DNA of 64,000 nucleotides, taken from the NCBI GenBank assembly GCA_020696385.1, contig JAEHCQ010000001.1, forward strand, positions 480,001-544,000. The letters run 5' to 3'. The notes beneath the pieces are model-generated. The model saw nothing but the letters and a program-made list of their open reading frames with translations, was not told the origin of the DNA and made no database searches. Both the position numbers and the translations under genes were made by a program. Each line of letters opens with the position of its first letter. Positions within the stretch are counted from its first letter, which is position 1. Shown piece after piece: positions 9,600 to 18,952 of this stretch. This DNA is from Methanobacteriota archaeon (GTDB taxonomy: Archaea > Thermoplasmatota > Thermoplasmata > SG8-5 > JAGLSY01).

Positions 9600-12293
9600 A
9601 TGGGAGGCAAAAAAGCCAAAACTGTGGATTCGCGAAAGGGCGATACTCCAATGAGTTCGCCAAAAGGCGATACTCCAATGATGAAGCAGTATTACGACAT
9701 CAAAGATCAACATCCTGAGGCCATCCTATTTTTCAGAATGGGGGATTTCTACGAAACCTTCAGCGATGATGCCGTGGTCACTGCCAGGGTTCTTGGGATC
9801 ACTCTGACATCTCGCGGCCGCGAAAAAGGCGAGAGCATACCACTGGCCGGCATCCCCTACCACGCGCTGGACACTTATCTTCATAAAATGGTCAAGGCGG
9901 GCTACACAGTAGCCATATGTGAACAAATGGAGGATCCGAAGAAAGCCAAGGGCATTGTCAAACGCGGGGTTGTGCGTATTGTTTCTCCTGGCACGGTTGT
10001 CGAGGATTCCATGCTATCTGGCAGCTCGAATAACTTTCTGGCATCCGTGAGCATGGGGAAGTTGAAGGCCAAGGGCAAAGGAAAAGATAAAGAAAGCTTC
10101 GGACTGGCACTGGTGGACATATCCACGGGCGAGTTCCTGACCACCCAGATAGAGGATGAGGATGTTCTGAGGAATGAGCTAATTCGATTTCAGCCATCTG
10201 AGATCATATCAGACCCGGATACTGGTGTGCTTTTGGAAAGACTGATCGGGGACGATATGGCAGCTCCCCTGACAGGTGTGGATGCTTACTTTTACGACCT
10301 GGATAATGCCTTGAATAAATTATTAAATTTATTCAAGGTCAAGTCACTGGCTGGCTATGGTTGTGACGGGCAACCAATGGCCATCGCGGCTGCTGGTTCT
10401 GTGATCGCCTATCTGGAAGGCATGCGGATATCCGCCCTTGGCCAGATCGGTACTTTGAGAACTTACAGTAATAAGGATTTCATGGTGCTGGATGCCACCA
10501 CTCTCAGAAATTTGGAATTATTCAATAATATTCGCGATAGAAGCGAAAAGTTCACACTTATAGAATTACTGGATAGGACAAAGACGCCCATGGGAAGTCG
10601 GATGATAAGACAATGGTTGGCGCAACCATTGCAGAACATCGGCCAGATAAATGAAAGACTGGATTCTGTCGAGTGGCTGACCGACAACCGCCTTACCAGG
10701 ATCGAATTGCGAGATTATTGCGACGAGATCCGGGATATGGAAAGGCTGGTGGCACGTGCCGTGCATGGAAGTGCGAATGCCCGGGACATGCACGCCCTCA
10801 AGAACTCGCTACAGACCATTCCCAGTATACAGGCTCTTTTCGAAGGTGTGATCGTTCCCAGCCAAATGCAGCAGGCGATAAACGCTATCGACCCTCTGGA
10901 TGATCTGACTGAGATGCTGGAAAAGGCCATAGTGGACAAGCCCCCACTCGGGCTCAAGGATGGCGGGATCATCAAGGACGGCTTCAGCACGGACCTGGAT
11001 GAATTGAAGGAATTGGCATCCAGTGGGAAGAAATGGGTGGCCGATCTCGAAGCAAAAGAACGAGAACGAACTGGCATCAAATCCCTCAAGATCAAGTACA
11101 ATAAGGTTTTCGGATACTTTCTGGAGGTCACGGTCAGGCACGCGGACAAGGTTCCTGAGAACTATATCAGGAAGCAGACTCTGAGCAATGCTGAACGGTT
11201 TATAACACCCGAGCTCAAGGAAAAAGAAGCTCAGATATTATCAGCCAATGAAAAGCTGGCTGCTTTGGAATATGATATTTTCTGCGATGTGAGGAACTGG
11301 GTGGCGGAGAGTTCCACCAGCCTGCAGAGCACGGCCAGAGCCCTTGGAAAGCTGGATGTTTTCTCATCACTGGCTGACATTTCCGAATTGTACAGATATT
11401 CGAGGCCGAACATGGTCAAGGGCAATACACTGGCCATCATCGATGGGCGACATCCGGTTGTCGAGAAAATGATCCCTGAAAGATTCGTTTCAAATGACAC
11501 GAAGCTGGATGATAAGAAGAATCGGGTCATGATCCTAACTGGCCCCAATATGGCGGGTAAGTCCACTTACATGCGCCAGGTGGCTCTGATCACCCTTATG
11601 GCGCACATCGGCAGCTTTGTCCCGGCCAGGAGCGCGAATATCGGCATTGTGGATCGTATATTCACCAGAGTGGGCGCGTATGATGATCTCACGCACGGCC
11701 AGAGTACTTTCATGGTGGAGATGACCGAAGTCGCCAATATTCTTAATTCAGCCACCAAAAACAGCCTGGTCATCCTTGATGAGATAGGTCGTGGAACGAG
11801 CACTTTCGATGGTTTAAGTATCGCGTGGGCGGTTGCGGAATACATCGAGAGCAAGCGCGTGGCATCTAAGACCATTTTCGCCACGCATTATCACCATCTC
11901 ACCGAGCTGGAAGAATTACTGGGAGGTGTTGTGAACTACAATATCGCGGTGAAGGAAGATAAAGATGACATCATCTTCCTTCGAAAGGTCATACCAGGCA
12001 GCACGAATCGCAGTTACGGTATCCAGGTTGGTAAGCTGGCTGGACTTCCTATTGAAGTGGTCGAGCGCGCGAAGGAAATTCTCAAAAGGATAGAAACTGA
12101 GGCTGTCATGGAACTGGAAGATGGTGGAGCCAAGAGAGGAAAGAGACGGCAATACACCCAGCTGGTATTGTACGATCAACCGGAGAATGAGAATCCCGCG
12201 GTCAAGGAATTAAAGGAACTGGATCCCGATCACATGACCCCGATGGAAGCCCTGCACAAGCTCCAGGAGCTGAAGAAGAAAGTTGGGAAATGA
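9600..12293 (+). CDS. mutS: DNA mismatch repair protein MutS (MutS1)
   Basis: TPMMKQY, FFRMGDFYETF, TGPNMAGKSTYMRQ, STFMVEM, DEIGRGTST, ATHYH, SYGIQV. Confidence 0.97.
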   Translation: MGGKKAKTVDSRKGDTPMSSPKGDTPMMKQYYDIKDQHPEAILFFRMGDFYETFSDDAVVTARVLGITLTSRGREKGESIPLAGIPYHALDTYLHKMVKAGYTVAICEQMEDPKKAKGIVKRGVVRIVSPGTVVEDSMLSGSSNNFLASVSMGKLKAKGKGKDKESFGLALVDISTGEFLTTQIEDEDVLRNELIRFQPSEIISDPDTGVLLERLIGDDMAAPLTGVDAYFYDLDNALNKLLNLFKVKSLAGYGCDGQPMAIAAAGSVIAYLEGMRISALGQIGTLRTYSNKDFMVLDATTLRNLELFNNIRDRSEKFTLIELLDRTKTPMGSRMIRQWLAQPLQNIGQINERLDSVEWLTDNRLTRIELRDYCDEIRDMERLVARAVHGSANARDMHALKNSLQTIPSIQALFEGVIVPSQMQQAINAIDPLDDLTEMLEKAIVDKPPLGLKDGGIIKDGFSTDLDELKELASSGKKWVADLEAKERERTGIKSLKIKYNKVFGYFLEVTVRHADKVPENYIRKQTLSNAERFITPELKEKEAQILSANEKLAALEYDIFCDVRNWVAESSTSLQSTARALGKLDVFSSLADISELYRYSRPNMVKGNTLAIIDGRHPVVEKMIPERFVSNDTKLDDKKNRVMILTGPNMAGKSTYMRQVALITLMAHIGSFVPARSANIGIVDRIFTRVGAYDDLTHGQSTFMVEMTEVANILNSATKNSLVILDEIGRGTSTFDGLSIAWAVAEYIESKRVASKTIFATHYHHLTELEELLGGVVNYNIAVKEDKDDIIFLRKVIPGSTNRSYGIQVGKLAGLPIEVVERAKEILKRIETEAVMELEDGGAKRGKRRQYTQLVLYDQPENENPAVKELKELDPDHMTPMEALHKLQELKKKVGK

Positions 12294-12383
12294 TATCTTA
12301 ACTTACTCTTAATTAGGACGAATTTTATTGATTTCACTAACAAAGATTATAATAAGTGACTTATTTTACAGGTCTTATCTCAT

Positions 12384-12509
12384 GCGGGGATAGCCAAGCC
12401 TGGCCAACGGCGCAGGACTTAAGATCTAAAGTCTACAAGAGTTCATTGATAGGATAAGATAAGTTATCCTGTCCTTAGTGGTTCGAGGGTTCGAATCCCT
12501 TTCCCCGCA
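12384..12509 (+). tRNA. tRNA-Leu (anticodon TAA) with 42-nt intron at 37/38 (12424-12465); CCA not encoded
   Basis: Acceptor GCGGGGA/TCCCCGC-A; anticodon arm CAGGA-CT-TAA-G|A-TCCTG; long variable arm; GGTTCGAATCC T-arm; CTTA/TAAG helix with two 3-nt bulges forms a BHB. Confidence 0.93.
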
Positions 12510-12701
12510 CTTTTTTCTTTCACAACCTCGCTGTGCTGGCTCACCCTCGGAAAGAAAAAAGACGCACAAATCGAATCAAGCCAATTGGCTTGATAAAAAT
12601 AAATGCGTAGGCTCAATTGATGAAATCGCATTTAAAAAGAAAAGCCGCCCAAGCCGGCTCGCTCGGCAAGTTCACGACCTGCCAGTAATCATGGCAGGTC
12701 G
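12510..12701 (-). repeat. Modular intergenic repeat family A copy directly after the tRNA
   Basis: Reverse strand reads CCGAGCGAGC..GGGCGGCTTTTCTTTTT...GAGCCAGCACAGCGAGGTTG..AAAGAAAAAAG, matching the 50.5-50.9-kb units; internal palindrome ATCAAGCCAATTGGCTTGAT; CGACCTGCCA/TGGCAGGTCG hairpin. Confidence 0.65.
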
Positions 12702-12770
12702 ATTGATGTAAAATATAAACATAAGGTTAGCATACAGCATAATTACTAGCGCACTTGAAAGAGGTTCGAA

Positions 12771-14150
12771 ATGAAACAAACAGATGTCGCGATAATCGGA
12801 GCTGGCTCTGGCGGTTACACCACCGCTCTCGAGCTTGCGAAAGCCGGAAAGAAGGTCATCTTGATCGAGAAAGACAGGGTCGGAGGAGCCTGCCTCATTC
12901 GCGGCTGCATACCGTCAAAGGCATTTGTTCATGCTTCCAATATCGTCCACAAGGGCAAAAGATCCAGTGATATCGGTATCGATATCGGAGAGCCAGTCAT
13001 TGACATGGTCCGCATCCAGGAATGGAAAGAAGGCATTGTGGACAAGATGGTAAAAGGCATCGAGGGACAATGCAAGAAAGCGGGAGTGGATGTTCTTCAT
13101 GGAACTGCCAGGCTCGTTTCAGATAAGAGCCTGGTCGTGAAGTTCTCTGATGAAATACCAGATGAGGAAATAATTACTGAATATGTCATACTGGCCACAG
13201 GAGCCAGTCCAAGAGAGGTTCCTGGCTTCGAGATAGATGAGAAGATGATAATGAGCTCCACTGGCCTTCTTGATCTGAAGGAAATACCTTCCTCCATGGG
13301 AGTTATCGGCGGAGGTGTGATCGGACTGGAACTTTCCACGGTCATGGCCAAGCTTGGCTGTGATGTCACGATAATCGAAATACTGGATGACATCCTTCCC
13401 TTCTCGGATGACGATGTCACCCGAACTATTAAAAAGGGTCTGAAAGCACTGGGCATCAAATTGCTCACTGGAAGTCGAGCCAAACTAACTGGTATTGATG
13501 AAAATAATGTCAGTATAGAGGTCCAGAGCCCTAAGGAATCGGAGACCATGGAATTCCAGAAGATACTCATCGGTGTGGGGAGCCAACCCAATCTTGAAGG
13601 AATAGGCATCGAGAAGGCCGGTATCCAGCTTGACAAGGATGGATTTGTCAAGACAGATGGGAAATTGCGAACCAGCTCATCCAATATCTTCGCCATCGGA
13701 GACATTAGGGGAAATCCGATGCTGGCTCATAAAGCTTCCATGGATGGCATACGAGTTGCCAAGACCATTCTAGGTGTGGGTGTGGAAAGACAAAAAGAAC
13801 CGATCATTCCTTATGTGCTCTTCACCGAGCCAGAACTGGCAAGTGCGGGATTGCATGAGTGGGAGGCCAAGGAAAAGGGTATTGAATATCAGGCCAAGAG
13901 GTATTATTTCGCAGCCCTCGGTAAAGCACTGGCCATGAACGAAAAGGATGGTTTTGTCAAGATCCTGATAGATCCTCAGGGTAAGATCATCGGGTGCACG
14001 ATAATTGGTCCTGAGGCTTCCAACCTCATTTCTGAGGTCACACTGGCCATTGAAAAAGATCTTACTGTCAAAGAGATATCAAATATTATCCATCCACATC
14101 CGACACTATCGGAAGGGATATGGGAAAATGCCAGGCATCTTTCAGAGTGA
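12771..14150 (+). CDS. lpdA: Dihydrolipoyl dehydrogenase
   Basis: GAGSGG FAD loop, GGACLIRGCIPSK redox disulfide, GGGVIGLE, HPHPTLSE. Confidence 0.92.
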   Translation: MKQTDVAIIGAGSGGYTTALELAKAGKKVILIEKDRVGGACLIRGCIPSKAFVHASNIVHKGKRSSDIGIDIGEPVIDMVRIQEWKEGIVDKMVKGIEGQCKKAGVDVLHGTARLVSDKSLVVKFSDEIPDEEIITEYVILATGASPREVPGFEIDEKMIMSSTGLLDLKEIPSSMGVIGGGVIGLELSTVMAKLGCDVTIIEILDDILPFSDDDVTRTIKKGLKALGIKLLTGSRAKLTGIDENNVSIEVQSPKESETMEFQKILIGVGSQPNLEGIGIEKAGIQLDKDGFVKTDGKLRTSSSNIFAIGDIRGNPMLAHKASMDGIRVAKTILGVGVERQKEPIIPYVLFTEPELASAGLHEWEAKEKGIEYQAKRYYFAALGKALAMNEKDGFVKILIDPQGKIIGCTIIGPEASNLISEVTLAIEKDLTVKEISNIIHPHPTLSEGIWENARHLSE

Positions 14151-15710
14151 TTATATAATTTTAGGACCTGGCTTTTCTTTTTTCATGAGTTTTTTAAGAT
14201 AGCTCATGGCCCATGTATAGGACACGACCGAGCCTATGACATTGGCCAATACCAGACCCCACCATGCTCCCTCAAGTCCCATATCGAAGGTATAGACCAA
14301 TAATAGGGCCAGTGGTGGTGTGAGGATGACGGTTCTGAGAAGGGTCACGGTGAGTGCCTTGGAACCCTCGCCCACTCCCTGGAACATGGATGATGATAAC
14401 ATTCCCCATGCCACACCAGGATAGAAGATGGCCGATATCTGGAAGTAAATGACTAATGGCGCGGTAAGTCTGGCTGATTCCTCAGCCGTGGTAAAGACCC
14501 CGGCTATCTGGGAGGCGAAGATCATCACGATGAGCATGACGATCATCTCGAATATGAAGCCGACTTTTATTGCATAGTCCAGCGCGACCTTAATGTTCTT
14601 GTAAGAGCCCTTTCCGTACATGGCCCCGGAGACCGATATCACGGCAGTGGAAATTCCCAGTAGCGGAAGTATACCCAGCATGGATATCCTCCAGCCAGTG
14701 GTGAAGATCGCAACCCCGTCATTACCAGCCACCTGAACGAGAATGACGTTCATGAATATCATGACGATGGACATGGATATCTGCTGGATAGAAGCTGGAA
14801 GGCCGACCTTGAACACATCTTTAGTGATATCGCGGTTAAATTTGAAGCCCTTGAATCGAATGTCCAAGTATGTTTGTCTTTTAATGAACATCCAGTAGAA
14901 GATAAGGACCGCAGTGGAGGCCATTGATATGAGAGTTGCCCAAGCAGCTCCCGTGACACCCAGACCAAGACCAAATGATTCAAAGATCCAAGGGCCTGGA
15001 TTGCTGGTACCAAATATGAAGATGGGATCCAGAATGATATTCAATATACCGCCGATAAGCATGGCGATCATGGCCTTCTTCACATCCCCCTCCGCTCTCA
15101 GAAGTGCATTGGATACATTGCTAAAGAATATGATGATGGCTCCGGCAAAGAGTATCTGGGAATAATCAGTGGCCATGTCAATAACAACTCCCTCGGCCCC
15201 CATGCCCACATAGATAGAGTGCATGGCGAAGAAGAAGGGTATGGACACCGCCAGTGAGAGAATGACCATGAATACCATGGTATGAGCTCCCACACTGTCC
15301 GCTCCTGCCTTGTCATTGGCACCAATGCGCCGGGATACAGCAGCCCCGCCGCCTACTCCGAGTCCAGTGGCCAGTGCGATTATAGTGAAGAAAAAGGGGA
15401 AGAAAAATCCAACCGCCGAAAGGGCATCAGGCCCAAGAAGTGATACCCATATGGCGTCCACGAGATTGTAAACAGTCTGGATGGACATGGCGATTATCAT
15501 TGGAATTGCCAGTTTGATAATGGCCTTCTTGGGATCACCAAGCAATGTCTTGACACCGGAGGTATGACCTCCTTTTGGCTGATCATTCACATCCTCGTCC
15601 ACATCCACATTCTCATCTTTCAATGATGTGGGTGGATCGACATCCTCTGAACCTGCTTGAGGCTCGACAATAAAATCATCACTGGATACTTCATCATCAT
15701 TGCTTGACAC
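14151..15710 (-). CDS. MATE family efflux transporter with acidic N-terminal extension
   Basis: LAIPMIIAMSIQTVYNLVDAIWV, LRAEGD, LNIILDPIFIFG; about 12 TM; start uncertain. Confidence 0.9.
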   Translation of the reverse strand: MSSNDDEVSSDDFIVEPQAGSEDVDPPTSLKDENVDVDEDVNDQPKGGHTSGVKTLLGDPKKAIIKLAIPMIIAMSIQTVYNLVDAIWVSLLGPDALSAVGFFFPFFFTIIALATGLGVGGGAAVSRRIGANDKAGADSVGAHTMVFMVILSLAVSIPFFFAMHSIYVGMGAEGVVIDMATDYSQILFAGAIIIFFSNVSNALLRAEGDVKKAMIAMLIGGILNIILDPIFIFGTSNPGPWIFESFGLGLGVTGAAWATLISMASTAVLIFYWMFIKRQTYLDIRFKGFKFNRDITKDVFKVGLPASIQQISMSIVMIFMNVILVQVAGNDGVAIFTTGWRISMLGILPLLGISTAVISVSGAMYGKGSYKNIKVALDYAIKVGFIFEMIVMLIVMIFASQIAGVFTTAEESARLTAPLVIYFQISAIFYPGVAWGMLSSSMFQGVGEGSKALTVTLLRTVILTPPLALLLVYTFDMGLEGAWWGLVLANVIGSVVSYTWAMSYLKKLMKKEKPGPKII

Positions 15711-16119
15711 ACTTCAGGATAATCCAGTGTTATATTTAATAGATAGCGCTAACGATCTACGATCATAGCTTGGAGATGATTTAATATATCTTGCTTAAGC
15801 TCAGAACAACCCTTCATCCTGTGGATTAAACAGGATAAGGAATCTTGGAATGTCCTGGCAGAACTCCATTCCCCCGTATAACTTACCCATCTGATATTCT
15901 AAGTCATCAGACACTTTGATGGTCATCATCAGTTATTATTATTGTATCAAGGTATTCATATATCTTTCTGTAGCCAGTTAATCAAATGTGATGTATAATT
16001 TATGAATATATGACATATTATTGATGTCATGTGGCGAAAATACAATGAAGATGTCTGGAATAAGAGACATTAATATTCCAGAATACCATCATATCCCGAT
16101 GTCAAACAATTCTTCACCC

Positions 16120-16731
16120 ATGAGAAGGAAGGAGCTGGAGATCAAGCTCCAGTCACTCAAGGATCTGGATGCCCCATCTGCAAGATTGGAGCAATATCCC
16201 ACACCTGCCAAGGTCGTTTCTGACATACTTTTCATTGCCAAATCTCTCGGAGACATAGATGAGAAGAGCATGGCGGATCTGGGGTGTGGCAATGGTGTAT
16301 TCGCCATTGGAGCTCAGTTGATGGGAGCTGGAAAGGTTATGGGGATAGACATTGATAAAAAGGCCATTGAAGTGGCTCGCGAGAATGCCAGTGCTCTCGG
16401 ACTGGATATGGATCTGGAGGTCATGGACGTGAGGTCATTCGATCAGAAGGTGGATGTGATATTCCAGAATCCACCATTTGGCTCGCAGAAAAAACATGCG
16501 GACAGACCTTTCCTTGAAAAAGCCATGGAAATGGCCGATGTGGTTTACACCATACACATGGCGGATACCGAGGAATTCATAGTCAAGATATCGAAAAGTC
16601 TTGGCTTCAGTGTGGACATGAAGACATATTTCCGATTCGAATTAAGGCATTCGCAGAAATTTCACAGGAAAGAAAGAGCTTTTATCGATGTGGTGGTATT
16701 CAGACTGATGAGGGATGAAAATGATGGATGA
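16120..16731 (+). CDS. METTL5-family rRNA adenine methyltransferase
   Basis: LEQYPTP, DLGCGNG, NPPFG, HADRPFLE; upstream of csl4. Confidence 0.88.
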   Translation: MRRKELEIKLQSLKDLDAPSARLEQYPTPAKVVSDILFIAKSLGDIDEKSMADLGCGNGVFAIGAQLMGAGKVMGIDIDKKAIEVARENASALGLDMDLEVMDVRSFDQKVDVIFQNPPFGSQKKHADRPFLEKAMEMADVVYTIHMADTEEFIVKISKSLGFSVDMKTYFRFELRHSQKFHRKERAFIDVVVFRLMRDENDG

Positions 16732-17308
16732 AAGACAATTGGTCATGCCAGGTGACATACTCTCAACAACAGAGGAATATCTCCCTGGTGAAGGCACCTA
16801 TGAATCTGGAGATGATATCTGTGCCGCCCTGGCTGGAGAACCACATTTTGATGAAGATAATAAAGTAGCCAGTGTGGTGTCCCGGAATAAGCCCGCTGTG
16901 CCGGAGATCGATGATATCGTGTATGGGATCATCACCAATATCAATCCAAAAATGGCGACAGTCTCCATACTGACAATAAATGGAGGAAATAGGCAACTGG
17001 CTGTGGAACAAAGGGCCAATCTCCACGTATCTGAAATGGCTCCTGGAAAGAATACCAAGACAAAGGCCATGTACAAAGAGATGGAGATCATAAGAGCGAA
17101 AGTCACTCAAGCCACTCCATCGATACAATTGACGACCCTTGATCCCGAACTGGGAACGATCAAGGCATATTGCAGAAGGTGTAGAGAGATCCTACAGGTG
17201 AAAGGGCAGGAACTCTGGTGTGCGGAGTGTGACACCAAGGAAAGCCGGAAGATGGCAGATAATTATGGTCTGGCCTATGCTGATGATATTAGGAATAGTA
17301 GAAAGTAA
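16721..17308 (+). CDS. csl4: Exosome complex RNA-binding protein Csl4
   Basis: VMPGD..EEYLPGEGTY, S1 domain, C-terminal CRRC...CAEC..ESRKMA zinc ribbon. Confidence 0.9.
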   Translation: MMDERQLVMPGDILSTTEEYLPGEGTYESGDDICAALAGEPHFDEDNKVASVVSRNKPAVPEIDDIVYGIITNINPKMATVSILTINGGNRQLAVEQRANLHVSEMAPGKNTKTKAMYKEMEIIRAKVTQATPSIQLTTLDPELGTIKAYCRRCREILQVKGQELWCAECDTKESRKMADNYGLAYADDIRNSRK

Positions 17309-17349
17309 TATGAACCACAGATAATATATGGTATGATGAAGGGAGACAT

Positions 17350-17529
17350 ATGAGCGTCAGCACAGATGAATTATTGATGGAAATTCGGCAGCTCAGAGCC
17401 GAAATGCAGCAGATGAGGAATATAGTGAACTCACTCGTAAGTATCATAATCGAGATCGAGGGAGGGGACGAGGAATCGGAAATGTTCCTTCCAGATGGTG
17501 CTGAGAACAATTACCTCATGTACAATTAG
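17350..17529 (+). CDS. Small hypothetical coiled-coil/acidic protein (59 aa; below ORF-track cutoff)
   Basis: GGGAG SD, ATG 17350 to TAG 17529: MSVSTDELLMEIRQLRAEMQQMRNIVNSLVSIIIEIEGGDEESEMFLPDGAENNYLMYN; fills the gap between csl4 and glyA. Confidence 0.75.
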   Translation: MSVSTDELLMEIRQLRAEMQQMRNIVNSLVSIIIEIEGGDEESEMFLPDGAENNYLMYN

Positions 17530-17535
17530 GATACC

Positions 17536-18735
17536 ATGGTCAAAGTATCGGATATCATAGAGACCCATGACCAGTGGCGTTCGGAATGTATCAATCTAAT
17601 ATCATCGGAGAATCTTCTTAGTCAGAATGTTCGACAGGCACTGGCAACCGACATGGCCAGTCGTTACACACTTCCTATCAATCAGGAGATACATGGTTCC
17701 TTTGTGGAGAATGCTTATCGCGGGACCAGGGGTCTTGATGAGGTCGAAAGGTTTGCCAATGAACTGGCCTCCGATATCTTTTCAGCAAAACATGTGACCT
17801 TCGCGCCATTGTCCGGCCATATAGCCGCGATGGGAGCCCTTTTATCATTATGTGAAAAGGGTGACACCGTTATGGCCATTTCTTCAGAGAATGGAGGGTA
17901 TGATGGCTATGGGGCCGATTATCTACCGGATATGCTTGGCATGAAGGCAATGGCACTGCCCTTCGATACCGGGCAGTGGAATGTCGATGTAGAAGGAGCT
18001 ATCGAGAAGATCCACGAGACAAAACCAAAACTGGTCATGCTGGGAGCCAGCTTTTTTCCATTCCCTCATCCGACCAAAGAATTGTCAAAGGCCTGCAAGG
18101 AAGTGGGCGCGTACCTGGCATATGACGGATGCCATGTTTTCGGACTTATCGCGGGAAATGAATTTCAGGATCCACTGGCAGAAGGCGTGGACCTGATGAT
18201 CGGCAACACACACAAAAGTTTCTTCGGCCCCCAGGGTGGAGCATTGCTCACCAATGATGATGAGATCTTTGCCAAGGTCAAGAAGAACATGACATGGCGC
18301 ACGGTGGATAATATCCACTGGAACAGGATCGCGGCCACGGCTCTGGCTCTTGTTGAAATGAAGGAGCATGGGGCGAGATACGCTTCCCAGGTGGTCAGGA
18401 ACTCCAAAGCTCTGGCAAAGGCTTTGGATGAACTTGGACTTCGACCATTACTTCGTGACATGGGCTACACGGCTTCCCACCAGGTGTTACTGGATGCCAG
18501 CCTAATTAAGGAAAAGTGGGGCATGGACCTCAATTCCATGGCTGTCGCTCTAGAGCGGAACAATATCATCACTGACGCGGTTGGAAGATTAGGCACCAAT
18601 GAGATCACCCGACTCGGCATGAAAGAGGATGACATGCATATTGTCGCTAAAATGATCATAAAGGTATTAGATGGCGAAAATATTGCCAAAAACGCCAAAA
18701 ATCTGAGAAAAAGCTTGGAAATCTCCTTTTTTTGA
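17536..18735 (+). CDS. glyA: Serine hydroxymethyltransferase (archaeal type)
   Basis: INLISSEN, YDGCHVFGLIAG, NTHKSFFGPQGG PLP lysine, RLGTNEITRLG. Confidence 0.88.
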   Translation: MVKVSDIIETHDQWRSECINLISSENLLSQNVRQALATDMASRYTLPINQEIHGSFVENAYRGTRGLDEVERFANELASDIFSAKHVTFAPLSGHIAAMGALLSLCEKGDTVMAISSENGGYDGYGADYLPDMLGMKAMALPFDTGQWNVDVEGAIEKIHETKPKLVMLGASFFPFPHPTKELSKACKEVGAYLAYDGCHVFGLIAGNEFQDPLAEGVDLMIGNTHKSFFGPQGGALLTNDDEIFAKVKKNMTWRTVDNIHWNRIAATALALVEMKEHGARYASQVVRNSKALAKALDELGLRPLLRDMGYTASHQVLLDASLIKEKWGMDLNSMAVALERNNIITDAVGRLGTNEITRLGMKEDDMHIVAKMIIKVLDGENIAKNAKNLRKSLEISFF

Positions 18736-18952
18736 TTGAAAATATTTTGAAAACATGGAAAAAAGGTCAAATAATAATTTGTTATTTACCTATATTACGA
18801 AAAATGGCCAGGCAATATGGATTGAAGAGATATTGTTTTATACCTAATCACAATGTCGCATCTATTCCCATCGTAGATGGGCGGAATATCATCGCGAGAT
18901 TCTCGCTTTGCTGTTCTACAAAAAAACCTGCTTAATGCAGGAGGGTTGAAAA

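Noticed and set aside
15805-15930. 42-aa minus-strand ORF (MMTIKVSDDLEY...)
   Set aside because: Short, no SD or motif; cannot be distinguished from chance
12384-16100. tRNA-anchored integrated island
   Set aside because: No integrase and no duplicated tRNA 3' end seen; downstream genes are ordinary
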